A model generated the notes under the pieces. That model was given only the letters and a program-made list of their open reading frames with translations, did not search any database and was not told where the DNA came from. Of a stretch of DNA of 64,000 nucleotides, positions 1 to 10,324 are shown in pieces. The position numbers were made by a program, and so were the translations under genes. The number at the start of each line of letters is the position of its first letter. Position 1 is the stretch's first letter. Origin of the DNA: Corallochytrium limacisporum Hawaii (Eukaryota; Protista; Pluriformea); NCBI GenBank assembly GCA_002811645.1, contig PDIP01000048.1, positions 67,407 to 131,406 of the forward strand, written 5' to 3'.

Positions 1-1791
1 AGGTCCGACCGTGCAACATCTGAAAACCAGCTGGAGCCCGTCAGCTCCATCACTGGCCGTGATCGTGCCGTAAGTGAGCCTCCAAAGATTGAGATTGACA
101 TACGGGAAGGACCGGGACCGCGCTTACCAAAGAATCCGAACTTCCCGTCATCCCACTTGCTTACTGCTGACCAGCGTGGCATGTCAAATACTTCAGTCTA
201 TTCGTTTGCGGACGAATATGAACGAATCCGCCAGCGTGGTATCGCGGTCAGCAACGAATCGCTGATGGGATCGCATGCGGCCTTGAATGCAACTCCTGGT
301 CAGGAAGAGGATATGGTTATCACGGACGATACCCCCAGCGTTCCGTCTCGACAATCTAAGCCGGTGCCTCCGTCCCGGGAATCAGCGGCTCGGCGACAAC
401 TTGCAAACCTCATGCTCGACTCTGACGAAAGAGATGAAACGATGGAAACAAATGGGGACAATGCAGCTCCCGAAGATGATGTCTACAATGTGCCACCCCG
501 TACATCGACATCCACTGTTGACACAGAGGACGGCGTTGGTGAGCTACCCCCGCGTGGACCGAAAGCCCTGGAGAAATTCAAGATTCGTGATCGCAGCCAC
601 TCCTCCGTCTCCGTCGATGCCAGCCTTGTGGCCGTGGACGACGAGGCTCTCGAGTCTGAGGACGGTAGCGAAGGCGGACAAAGTAGCCGTCGGGAACCTA
701 TGCGCGTACCCCGGGCCAAGAAAGGTGGTGGTGGTGGTGAGAAGGCTTCAGCCTTTGGAACTCGCATCAAGCAGCGCCAGGTCGCCACCGAGGACGGCCG
801 TAAGTTTAATGTTCTCAGCGCCTTCACAGCCAAGGATCTTCGCGAAGAGGCCTTCAAGAAATTCTTCAAGAACCAGCAGAACCAATTCAAGAACATGCTG
901 CGTCAAGAACGGCAGGAACTGCAGGCCCTGCAGAGCAAGCAGGAGACAGATATGGAAAACCTGCGGGAGAAACACAAGGCTGAGCGGGAAAATACACTGG
1001 ACGCTTTCGACAAGCAAGTCAAGGTGCTGAAGAAAACACAGGAAGAGGAGCTGAAGAGCGCTCAGAAGGAGATGAGCCAGAAGATGGCCAAATTCAGCAA
1101 GTCCCACAAGGACAATGCCAAGAAGGCAGAGTTTGGCGTCGAACTCATGCAAAAGGTGAACGATATGGAGACTCAGCACAAAGGTACGTTGGATCTGATC
1201 AACAAGCAGCGCGATAAGGTTCAGGAGGATCAAATGAGCCGTCAGCTGCAGGAGATCCACCGTCTCAAATACCACCACCTGGAGCAGGAGATGTCCCTAA
1301 TGGCGGAGCACCTCCAGGCTCGCAACAATATCGAGATCAAGCGCCACGAAGAACGCAGTCAGGACCTGCACCAGGCTCTGGCCCGCGAACACCGTGAAGA
1401 AATCAAGGTCCTACCTAAGATTCTCAAGGCTGAATTCAAGGAACGTAACAAGGAATACGAATTGAAACGTGCTAAGAAGATCAGTGTACTGAAGAAGCAG
1501 GGACAGAGCAAGTCTGAGATCAAGGAGATCATTAAGGCAGAGGACAGCCGATTCATTCAGCAAGAGAAGGAACGAGAGGACAAGCTGATCAAGTTCATGC
1601 ACAAACGGCAGAAGCAGGATATTCAGAAGCAGGAAGCCGATGATCATGAAGATCTGAAGGAACTCAAGGCTGTCTTCGAACAACGTCAGGAGGGTTTGGA
1701 GGAGACCAAGGCGGATCGCACGAAGGCCCTTCAGGAACAGTGTGAGGTCGAGATGTCGGAACTCGCGGCCCAATTCAGCGAAGCAACGTGA
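1..1791 (+). CDS. 3' part of a STE20-family SLK/LOK (STK10)-like kinase gene: PKK coiled-coil C-terminus, 5'-truncated by the window edge
   Basis: The frame is open from base 1 (AGG TCC GAC...) to TGA at 1789-1791. A disordered region precedes a long K/E/Q coiled coil with SLK/LOK-like segments (RQERQELQALQ, LPKILKAE, KRQKQD, LQEQCE). No kinase domain lies inside the window. Confidence 0.6.
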   Translation, partial: RSDRATSENQLEPVSSITGRDRAVSEPPKIEIDIREGPGPRLPKNPNFPSSHLLTADQRGMSNTSVYSFADEYERIRQRGIAVSNESLMGSHAALNATPGQEEDMVITDDTPSVPSRQSKPVPPSRESAARRQLANLMLDSDERDETMETNGDNAAPEDDVYNVPPRTSTSTVDTEDGVGELPPRGPKALEKFKIRDRSHSSVSVDASLVAVDDEALESEDGSEGGQSSRREPMRVPRAKKGGGGGEKASAFGTRIKQRQVATEDGRKFNVLSAFTAKDLREEAFKKFFKNQQNQFKNMLRQERQELQALQSKQETDMENLREKHKAERENTLDAFDKQVKVLKKTQEEELKSAQKEMSQKMAKFSKSHKDNAKKAEFGVELMQKVNDMETQHKGTLDLINKQRDKVQEDQMSRQLQEIHRLKYHHLEQEMSLMAEHLQARNNIEIKRHEERSQDLHQALAREHREEIKVLPKILKAEFKERNKEYELKRAKKISVLKKQGQSKSEIKEIIKAEDSRFIQQEKEREDKLIKFMHKRQKQDIQKQEADDHEDLKELKAVFEQRQEGLEETKADRTKALQEQCEVEMSELAAQFSEAT

Positions 1792-2028
1792 TTGTGGACT
1801 TCAACCTACACCATAGTACATCAACTGTTTTTGCACATAAACCTATGTATAGAGACCTCAATGTATCTAACCAGTTTTGAAGACCACAAGAAACTGTAAG
1901 GTTTCCGGTAAGCAATTTCTCTATTATGATGTGTTTTGTCTACTTGACATGCCGCGCCATGTTCTTGGCATGGTGTTGGCTTCTTTAACGATCTGGTGGT
2001 TGTGCCTGATTTTTGTATGCCTCCTGAG

Positions 2029-2724
2029 CTAGTTTGTCATGCGCAGATACCATGCATACGCCCGATCTTTGGCCGCCTCGAACGAATCTAGAGCTGGCCT
2101 GACATCGATCTCAATGAATGAATTAGTCTCATCATTCTTGTCCCCGATGCTATAGTAGTCGATGATATAGCGCACGTCTTTGCCACATCTGTCGATGGTC
2201 CAGTCGTGGCGATCAAAGGGAAGCTCATAGCCCAGCCAGCTGCGCATACGGGCCCGGGGACTGAACTCTGTAGCCTTACCCTGAAATTTCTTAAGCATAG
2301 GCATTCGACATTGGTCTGCATGAAGAGCCTCCCATTTAAGAACTTCCCGCCAAGCGTACTCGTTGTTTGCATTGTGGACACGGATAACTTCGGTCATATC
2401 CTCACGAACCATCTCCGGGTTGTCCTCGTGCTTCCATCCCTTACGACGCATGGCATTGTAGAACATTTGCTCACTGGGGTAGATCCAGGGCTTTCCACCT
2501 TCACTAGCCCTTGGAATCGACGAAGTGATGCGCTCTGTGCTCAGCTCAAAGGGCTGTCCTTCAGCCGGCTGTTGGGCAGGATTCTTTGGCATCTGATTCT
2601 GCGGATCAAGGCCAGTGTCCCCCTCGGTCTTCTTAGGCCCGGGCATAGGCTCACGACCAAAGGTCATAGCGGCCTTGTCCCGCTGAGCATCACGGCTCAC
2701 CTCGCTGCTAGCGGAATTTCCCAT
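2029..2724 (-). CDS. HCCS: Holocytochrome c synthase (cytochrome c heme lyase)
   Basis: Family motifs [57 protein letters not shown] and DVRPALDS. Confidence 0.97.
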   Translation of the reverse strand: MGNSASSEVSRDAQRDKAAMTFGREPMPGPKKTEGDTGLDPQNQMPKNPAQQPAEGQPFELSTERITSSIPRASEGGKPWIYPSEQMFYNAMRRKGWKHEDNPEMVREDMTEVIRVHNANNEYAWREVLKWEALHADQCRMPMLKKFQGKATEFSPRARMRSWLGYELPFDRHDWTIDRCGKDVRYIIDYYSIGDKNDETNSFIEIDVRPALDSFEAAKDRAYAWYLRMTN

Positions 2725-4664
2725 CCTGCTTCTGATTGTTAGTTTAGCGTGGCTTGTTGACCAAGCGGGGAGTAAACAATACGTAATCGCACAATTCCGT
2801 TTTCACGGAACGAAAACCCAAATGAGACATAACGTTCTCGATAAGATCCTTAGAGCCAGGGTACCATATACCAAATCATTCTCATCATGACTGTGCAACA
2901 ACATTCGCAAAGATAGTATTCTGCACAATATGCCGACCACCTCCTCCAAGCACTTAAGCCGCACCCGGCAAGCAAATGGTAACAATTCTCCTCCACCAGG
3001 GGCAGCAAACCTGCTGATTCGTCACATGCCCTAGATTTCTTGGATTTCGAACAGAAAGTAAATAGCGGAGAACCTTTTTCTTTTTTTGTGGCCGGCGGCT
3101 TGCGCTTGTTAGAAAGAAGAAAGTGCGGGAAAGTGCCCAGGGGGAGGAGAAGGGGGGGGGGACGTGAGGGGCCCGCCAGAAAGGGGAGACTCAAACGGAG
3201 AACTGAGAGTGAGAGACATGGGAAAGAAACTATGACCCGGGCCGCCGTGGTGTGGGGAGGGGGGGGCCCTCAGAGTAAGTGGCACTTGCCATCAGAAAAT
3301 GAGGGGGCAACCAGGGGAGAGAGCCACATGGGTGCCAAAAGGTCTTTGTCCCAGTTGACGGAGCAAGAGATTTTTGGGGGAAAACGAACCGCAATTTCTG
3401 GTGAGAACTTGCAATTACAATAACCACCGTCAAGCTCAATACATCCCACAAGTATGACAAATGGGAGACAACACACGCGTTTTTTGGTCACCCGACAGAG
3501 CCACCATAGCCACGGGTGAGGATATGCGAACCTGCCCGTCGTGCGACCGCGCTCCCCTCCGCAGGTGTCGGTTTGGCCAAGCGGCCACACTAGGTGGCCC
3601 GCTAGTCTTTTGTTTCTTGCTGCCTCCCGCCGTTGGGGGTGCGTAGCAATAGAAATTGATACCCCCCTGCAGCGAATGGGACGCATTTTGGCAGTGAGCA
3701 GCAGCAGCCCTTCTTCTGCTCTCTCCACCACCTTTTCCCGTCTCCACCACGGACGGCCAACCGGCCCATGTGCCACACGCGGTGCTGGTCGCTCCGTACG
3801 AGAGAAAAAACACACACACCTACACACACGGCCAGCCCTTTGTCCCGACACATTGGACATGGAAAAAGAGCGCGAGAATAATGGAAAACGACGGGCCAAA
3901 AACCAAGTGGTCCGAGTGCAGAAGGGAAGGAAATGATTGGGATGGGGGGAGAGAGAGAGAGAGCCTTCTAATCAAAGTTCCCCAGCCGTCGCGCTGTGTT
4001 CCTATGCTGGCGCTATGTGTGGCTTCCAGAGGCGGACGGACGTGCCACAGTGGAGGCAAGAGTGGAACACGGGGGGAGGGGAGAGGGACAAAATGGCGGT
4101 GATCGCAAGGACAAGGGGAGAGGGGGACCGAAATTGGCGTCCGTTCTCCTTTTGCGACTGTGCCCCCCTCCCCCCCCCCCGGGGCCCCCGTGTTACTACC
4201 GCACACATTACGTGTGGGGGAAACACCGGCTCTGCCAGGGAGGGGAAGGAGAAACGGAGGACAGGACCAGTCCGTTAGCCTTTGTTTTACCACCAATGGG
4301 AATTCAATGAAGGCCGAAGCTAGTGGGTCACAGGGGCTTTTCCAAGCAGCTACTGCCCCCATTTGGCAGGAAAAAGGAAGAGGATGCGGTTCAGGACCCC
4401 AAGAGGAGAGTTCGCTGTGTCTGGGGAAAAGGGTAGAGAATTGTGATGGAATGTTTAATGGGTCCCCCCTTAGGCCGGGAAGAGTGGGATCGTGTGTCTA
4501 AAGTCTACTATGTAATGATATGCTAATATGTGTTTGATTGTCCATGAGGTAGACACCCTCATTACCGTCTTGCAGGCAGTGACGTTGAAAGCTTCATCTC
4601 CTTACCTTTTGAAGGGGTGGTAAGTGTGTATGCGCAATTTGCTCTAGTGTTAGGTTAGGTTATG

Positions 4665-5609
4665 TCAAGCGATCGACGTCTTACTGCGGCTTCGCAAAGC
4701 ATAACCTCTCCGATGGCCAGCAGGATCGGGCAAGCTGGCGTCGATCACGTCGGAATGCCCGACGTCCCTGGTCTTTTTTGCTCTGGATGCAGACCGGAGG
4801 CTGGCCCTCTTTTCTCTAGCTTGGCGAATCGAATCTTCAAACATCTTGTCGGGCATGGTGTGAGGTTCATGGATTTCCCGACTGCTGCGCTTGTTGACAG
4901 GGGTGCACAGCAAGTCCTCGTCTGTAGGTAGGCTTTGTTTCGAATTCAGGGTCTTTTCGGACAGTTTGGTTGACTGCTCTGAATGCGGATGGACGTTGGT
5001 CCGGACCTCGGAGTCCAGCTTGGACACGCACACTCCACTGTCCGATGAGTCTGCCCGTTCAAAACTTTCCACACAAGGAGGCTCCTCCTTGACTACTGAA
5101 CGGATGTCCCCCTGCATTTGCTCCTTGTTCGGCTGCTGCTGCTGCTGCCTAGGGTTCTCTAGAGATGTGTATGTGGGTTCTTTCTTGATGGGCACATTGA
5201 TTATTTTGGTCGGACGGGTGGATTTCGTGACGTTAAAGAGACCCATCAGCCAAGAAGGAAGGAGAGTGATCCCACTTAAGTCTATTATTCGATTGAACAG
5301 TTTGATGGGAGCGCTAAGAGAGACCTCGAAAATCTGGTCAGCAATGTCAAGCGCATCCTCTGTGAACAGATCGAATAGCCGTGCACACAGCTTGAATGGC
5401 ATCAAACAGTTCAGAATCATGACCATATAGACAATACCCCAAGTGCTCATTGCGAAATCAAAAAGCAAATATCCCGCGAGGACGAGGGCATGTGTCAGGT
5501 TAAGCCAAAGCACGTACTTTATCGCATGTTGCATGGCTTTAGGGTTGTTGCTCTGGTGGCGGATCCGAAGTGCTGGTAGCACCACGGTAAGTAGAACGTT
5601 TGATAACAT
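4665..5609 (-). CDS. Hypothetical membrane protein (N-terminal hydrophobic segments, disordered basic C-terminal tail)
   Basis: 314-aa ATG ORF with A at -3, as in most genes here. It has 2-3 hydrophobic helices in the first ~75 aa and ends RRGYALRSRSK. Confidence 0.65.
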   Translation of the reverse strand: MLSNVLLTVVLPALRIRHQSNNPKAMQHAIKYVLWLNLTHALVLAGYLLFDFAMSTWGIVYMVMILNCLMPFKLCARLFDLFTEDALDIADQIFEVSLSAPIKLFNRIIDLSGITLLPSWLMGLFNVTKSTRPTKIINVPIKKEPTYTSLENPRQQQQQPNKEQMQGDIRSVVKEEPPCVESFERADSSDSGVCVSKLDSEVRTNVHPHSEQSTKLSEKTLNSKQSLPTDEDLLCTPVNKRSSREIHEPHTMPDKMFEDSIRQAREKRASLRSASRAKKTRDVGHSDVIDASLPDPAGHRRGYALRSRSKTSIA

Positions 5610-6542
5610 CGTACCCGATTCTATTCATATCTAGTCAACTTTACAGTACAGTGGTGTATGCTTCCAAATCTGCGGTGGTGACAAGTCCAAGATACCTCTA
5701 TCCGCTTCAGCAGGGTCCTGAAATGCACCCCGTACCTCTCCCCTCCCAGTCTTCAATGTTCAAGGGCTCAACCCCCGCCTTAGGTACGGAAAATATACGA
5801 CATTATTTCAATGAAGCTCTGAACTGTAAGCCTCCACCCCCCACCCCGCGGGTGGGGGCCCAAAGCCACTGTTTTCCGAAAGGACCGGGGCAATACAATC
5901 TGGTCGCTTCCGCTGTTTCGGTGTGTTGCGGCTGAAGGGTTGGCTTGGCGGCGTAAACTGCACTCATCGGCTATTCTGTCCTGCTGTAGACCATCACTCC
6001 GCCACTGATCGATTCTCCAGGAGAGGATGGTCAGTGAATTGATTGATCGCGTGCGCACCCGAGGGGAACTGTGAACCGGCGGCCCATTCCCCCCCTGTGT
6101 ACGCTGTCGTCCCTAAACGGTACGTTCGCAGACTCCTGATTAGGGCGAATGGGGTGCGATGGGCTCGACAAAATAGAACCCCCTCCCCCCAATTAAATTC
6201 AATTTAATGTTCGGAATTTTGTTAGGGGTTTGGCTTCATTAACAGCGCAATCTTTCCGCGCCCGAATCTCTGTGTCCCTTTCCCGTGAAACCAAACGGCA
6301 CCGGCTTTCGGTTGCAGCTACGTGTTTTGATAAGAGACCACAGCACAAAGTGCTCCTTCCGAGTCGGTATGGGCGTGTTTGATGTTGTCTGTCCGGGTAT
6401 TTGATGTTCTGAACTACACCCTTTGTTTTGGAAGTGTTCTACCTGGTGTACAAAAAACAGTATGTATAGTAGGCGCGATTCGCGAACCAAACTGTGCAAG
6501 ATCTTGATGTGGACTAGAAAGTGATCAGACGGCATAGTCAAT

Positions 6543-8888
6543 ATGGCAGCGACAAAGACATCGCCCAAGGCCAAGCAGAAAGCTAAGGCGGCACCAAAGA
6601 AGGCAAGGGCGAGCAGTGGTGGTGGTGAGCCGACAGCCAAAAGGCCTCGCAAGTCTACCAAGGGGTCCAGTGCGAAATCCAACAAGAAGCTGGAACAAAA
6701 GAGTCCTGCAGAGTTCTTTGCACAGAACCGTACCATCGCCGGCTTTGACAACCCGGGCAAGTCGCTATATACCACTGCTCGTGAGTTCATTGAGAATTCT
6801 TTAGATGCCTGCGAAGGCATTCGCGTGCTACCATCTATCCAAGTCAAGATTGAGGAGTACACTGCTGAGCAATTCAACAATCTGATCGGTCTCGAGGCTA
6901 CCGCTCGCCAGCAGCACCATCTCTATGCGGACTCACAATCCAAGAAGAAAGGACGGAAGGGTGCCGCCAGCACAACGGGTTCTACGACGAACTTCGTGGA
7001 ACCGGCCTCTGCAGTATCTTCTCAGACCGCCACGCAAGACGTCCCAATGCCTGAAGCCAACGGAGAGACGCAAGCCGCAGAGAAACCGAAACCGGTTACT
7101 GCGCACAAGGGACAGATGTTTTACAGTGTGGAGGTGACGGACAATGGAAGTGGTATGCATTATCAAGACATTCCAAATATGTTGGGTCGGGTGCTGAGCG
7201 GTACTAAATACGGTGTCGTACAGGCGCGCGGTCGCTTTGGTCTGGGCGCAAAGATGGCTTTAATTTGGGCCAAGATGAGCACCGGCCAGCCCATCGAGGT
7301 CTACAGTACACGGAAGGAGGACGATTTCACCTCCCATTACAAGCTCGACATTGATATTTACAAGAACCAGCCGAACATTATCCTTGCCGAGAAGCTACCA
7401 CGGCAGTCTGAAGATCAAAGAGGGACGACAATCAAAGTAATCATCGAGGGTAGCTGGACCACCTACCGCGCGCGCTTACTGGCTTACATGCGCCAGATTG
7501 CTGTCATTACTCCATACACGGACTTTACCTTCGAGTTCAACACAGAGGACTCAGCCAAAAATCTGCTGGTGCACTACAAGCGCCGGAGTGAGGAGATCCC
7601 TCGTCTGCCCACCGAGATCATGCATCACCCAAGTTCAGTGGACCTCATCACCCTGCAGAAACTCATTAGTGATGCCAAGGGATTGCATCTCAAGAAATTC
7701 CTCACGGATCGGCTCAGCTGTATCAATCGGGATCTGGCTGGTGCCATTATTCAGGAACTGGGTGATGAGTTTGACGAGAAGAAGGCCGTCTCCAGCCTCT
7801 CCGAGTTGCAGATCCAGACCATATTCAAGCTTTTCCGCGAGCTCAAGTTCCCGCCGCCAGATCAGAATTGTTTATCCCCGGTCGGTGAGTACAACCTGCG
7901 TCTGGGTGTCATGAAGGAAATGACTCCAGAAATGGTAGCCACTTACCAGACAGGCGTCAGTGTCTACGACGGGCATCCATTCCAAGTGGAGGCTGCAGTA
8001 TCCCTCGGTGGGCCCATGAAGGTTGGACTGAATGTTTTCCGTTTCGCGAATCGTATTCCTCTCCTTTTTGAAGCTGGTGGCGACGTCGTGACGCAGACAG
8101 TGCTCAACAAGATCAAGTGGCCCACTTACAAAATCCGGCCGACCCAAGACAAAGTTGGAATCTTTGTGTCGATTGTAAGCACTAAGATTCCATTCAAGGG
8201 CACCGGAAAGGAATACGTTGGTGATGACATTAAGGAAATCTCTTCAGAGGTCGCCAAAGCCATCAAGGAGTGTGCAGCACAGCTGAGGGTCAAGTTGGTA
8301 AAGAAGGCAGCCCTGGCCAGTCGACACGAGCGCAAAAATCTTATTGCCAAGTACATTCAACCCGCCGCGCAAAGCGTCTTCCGTGTCTTGGAGCGTGTAG
8401 CCAAAGATACAGAGCAAAATACTAGTCGTCCGTTGCCAGACATTGAACGCGTCAACGCAGTTGCAGTACCCGATCAGCCAGAGGACAGTAAGGAAGATGT
8501 AAAGCCAGCACTGAGCGGCATAAAAAAGGAAGAGGAGAAGTTTAGTGCCGGTCACATGCTTCTGCCCCTGAATGACATGATCTTAAAGACTACCAAGGGA
8601 GATATTGCGGCTGAAACACTGATCTACAAGCTGACACGGTATGTCGAGAAGAGCGATGCACTGCAAGCATTCGAGTTTGCGACACAAAAGAGTTCAACGA
8701 AGAGTACGCCTCAGGACTGGCATCTGGTACCAAAGCACAAGGTCTATCACTCGTATGGATTAGGGTTGAGCAATAGTGGTGGCACATTCTACGTCATGCG
8801 CAGTGCCATGCAGGGCTTTGGTAAGATGGAAGAGAATGGTGGCGATGACGCTGATACCAAGGACTTTGCACTGCCGAATTTGGCATGA
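6543..8888 (+). CDS. TOP6B: DNA topoisomerase VI subunit B (canonical archaeal/plant type)
   Basis: QKSPAEFFAQNRTIAGFDNPGKSLYTT, GHKL motifs EFIENSLDA / DNGSGM / GRFGLGAK, HHPSSV, transducer motifs RFANRIPLLFE, KWPTY and STKIPFKGTGKEY. Confidence 0.96.
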   Translation: MAATKTSPKAKQKAKAAPKKARASSGGGEPTAKRPRKSTKGSSAKSNKKLEQKSPAEFFAQNRTIAGFDNPGKSLYTTAREFIENSLDACEGIRVLPSIQVKIEEYTAEQFNNLIGLEATARQQHHLYADSQSKKKGRKGAASTTGSTTNFVEPASAVSSQTATQDVPMPEANGETQAAEKPKPVTAHKGQMFYSVEVTDNGSGMHYQDIPNMLGRVLSGTKYGVVQARGRFGLGAKMALIWAKMSTGQPIEVYSTRKEDDFTSHYKLDIDIYKNQPNIILAEKLPRQSEDQRGTTIKVIIEGSWTTYRARLLAYMRQIAVITPYTDFTFEFNTEDSAKNLLVHYKRRSEEIPRLPTEIMHHPSSVDLITLQKLISDAKGLHLKKFLTDRLSCINRDLAGAIIQELGDEFDEKKAVSSLSELQIQTIFKLFRELKFPPPDQNCLSPVGEYNLRLGVMKEMTPEMVATYQTGVSVYDGHPFQVEAAVSLGGPMKVGLNVFRFANRIPLLFEAGGDVVTQTVLNKIKWPTYKIRPTQDKVGIFVSIVSTKIPFKGTGKEYVGDDIKEISSEVAKAIKECAAQLRVKLVKKAALASRHERKNLIAKYIQPAAQSVFRVLERVAKDTEQNTSRPLPDIERVNAVAVPDQPEDSKEDVKPALSGIKKEEEKFSAGHMLLPLNDMILKTTKGDIAAETLIYKLTRYVEKSDALQAFEFATQKSSTKSTPQDWHLVPKHKVYHSYGLGLSNSGGTFYVMRSAMQGFGKMEENGGDDADTKDFALPNLA

Positions 8889-9271
8889 ATAAAGTTATGA
8901 CATATCCACAGTTCCCATCAAACTCCATGCGATGGCGGCTGATTTAGAGTCTAGCAAAGCAGCGGTCTCCGGTCCCCCCCCTGCTGTCTACACTTCAGCG
9001 CTGGCTGTCGTCGCCCACCTTTCGACCTTTGCCAGTTCCGCCTCCCCTCCCCGCTACCTAATCGGCGCGAAACAAACCGGGCGCGTGTGGAGACATTTTC
9101 ACGACGCAGGTACCTCAACCGGTGCTACATTTCGGAACCTATGAGTATAGCTCGAATTACGTTGTTTAGAAAGTATTCTATCGGTTACGAACTATCATGG
9201 TTATGATCTTCTTATAGCAAGGATGGGAATTGGGCTTTAGCTGCCTATAGACATACATATATACACAGAGG

Positions 9272-10324
9272 ATGAGGGTTAGTCAGATTCTGAGACTGCT
9301 CACTCCAGTGGGGATCTTAATCATTGTTATTGGCTCTTTCACATTCTTCCGAGGACCACCGAAACTAGCACATGAGGAACTGATCTTTCAATATGAGCAG
9401 AGAATTCGAGAATTCGAGGAGTCAGGACTGTACGAACGGCGGAACGGGACATTGGTCACCTTGATCAGAGGGGACACGAAAAGTGTTACCAAGCTCATTG
9501 GGACCCTGCAAAGCATACATGATCGCTTCAACCATCGGTACCACTACCCTATTGTGGTGTTCTACGAAGAAATCAGTGAAGGGGATTCCGTTCTTCTGAC
9601 CAATTCATTCGAGTGGGAGGTGACGCTGGCCCGTGTTGAGTTCAGCATTCCATCGTTCATTGACATGAACAAAGTACCAGAGGCTATCTCCCATGCGGGC
9701 GAGCCTGATCGATCATACGGAATTGGCTACAGGCACATGACCCGCTTCTTCGGCTTCCTCATGTACGAACATCCAGCCCTGCAGGGCTATGACTGGTACT
9801 GGCGGTTAGATTCCCACATTGACATCCTCTGCGACATTCCGTATGACCTCTTCGCCTTCATGCAGCGCCATGGACTAAAGTACGGCTATAACATGATTGT
9901 ACGGGAGTTCCCTATCTTCCTCGAAGGCCTTTTCGAGGCCACGCAGGACTACAAAGCCGACCGGAATGTTGAGTTTCAGTCTGGGCTCGACAAGTTTTTT
10001 GGCGGCAATGGGAAGACGTACAACACCTATCACTACTGGAATAATTTTGAGATCAGCTCCCTTGCGCTGTGGCGCAGTTCGGATTTCCAGGACTATCTCA
10101 ACTACATTGATCGCCTTGGCGGCGCATACTATAAACGCTGGGGTGATGCCATCACGCACACCATGGCTGTGTCAATGTTCCTAAAGGAGTCGGAGATCCA
10201 CTATTTTGATGATATAGGCTATCAGCACAACGATCGCATCCACTGCCCGGTAAGCTGCAGTGATCCGTGCGAGCCAGTCTGCCTTGATTCAAGTGGTAAG
10301 CAGACGAACTGCATCCTGACATGA
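9272..10324 (+). CDS. GT15 (Kre2/Mnt1/Ktr-like) alpha-1,2-mannosyltransferase, type II membrane protein
   Basis: N-terminal TM helix; RFNHRYHYP, YRHMTRF, YDWYWRLD, CDIPYDLF, HYWNNFEI, GGAYYKRWGDA. Confidence 0.9.
   Translation: MRVSQILRLLTPVGILIIVIGSFTFFRGPPKLAHEELIFQYEQRIREFEESGLYERRNGTLVTLIRGDTKSVTKLIGTLQSIHDRFNHRYHYPIVVFYEEISEGDSVLLTNSFEWEVTLARVEFSIPSFIDMNKVPEAISHAGEPDRSYGIGYRHMTRFFGFLMYEHPALQGYDWYWRLDSHIDILCDIPYDLFAFMQRHGLKYGYNMIVREFPIFLEGLFEATQDYKADRNVEFQSGLDKFFGGNGKTYNTYHYWNNFEISSLALWRSSDFQDYLNYIDRLGGAYYKRWGDAITHTMAVSMFLKESEIHYFDDIGYQHNDRIHCPVSCSDPCEPVCLDSSGKQTNCILT

Noticed and set aside
287-1773. Long alternative-frame and antisense ORFs over real genes (also 42934-43683, 46587-47885, 45894-46520, 29076-29555)
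   Set aside because: Shadow ORFs caused by codon bias of the true CDS; no independent motifs.
1951-1975. Small hairpin between the convergent SLK-like and HCCS genes
   Set aside because: Short stem that needs several G-U pairs; bacterial-style terminators are not expected in this eukaryotic context.
3040-4501. Cluster of 60-210 aa ORFs in GC-rich intergenic DNA (also 39253-40084)
   Set aside because: Low-complexity translations of G/C/A homopolymer tracts, many with non-ATG starts.
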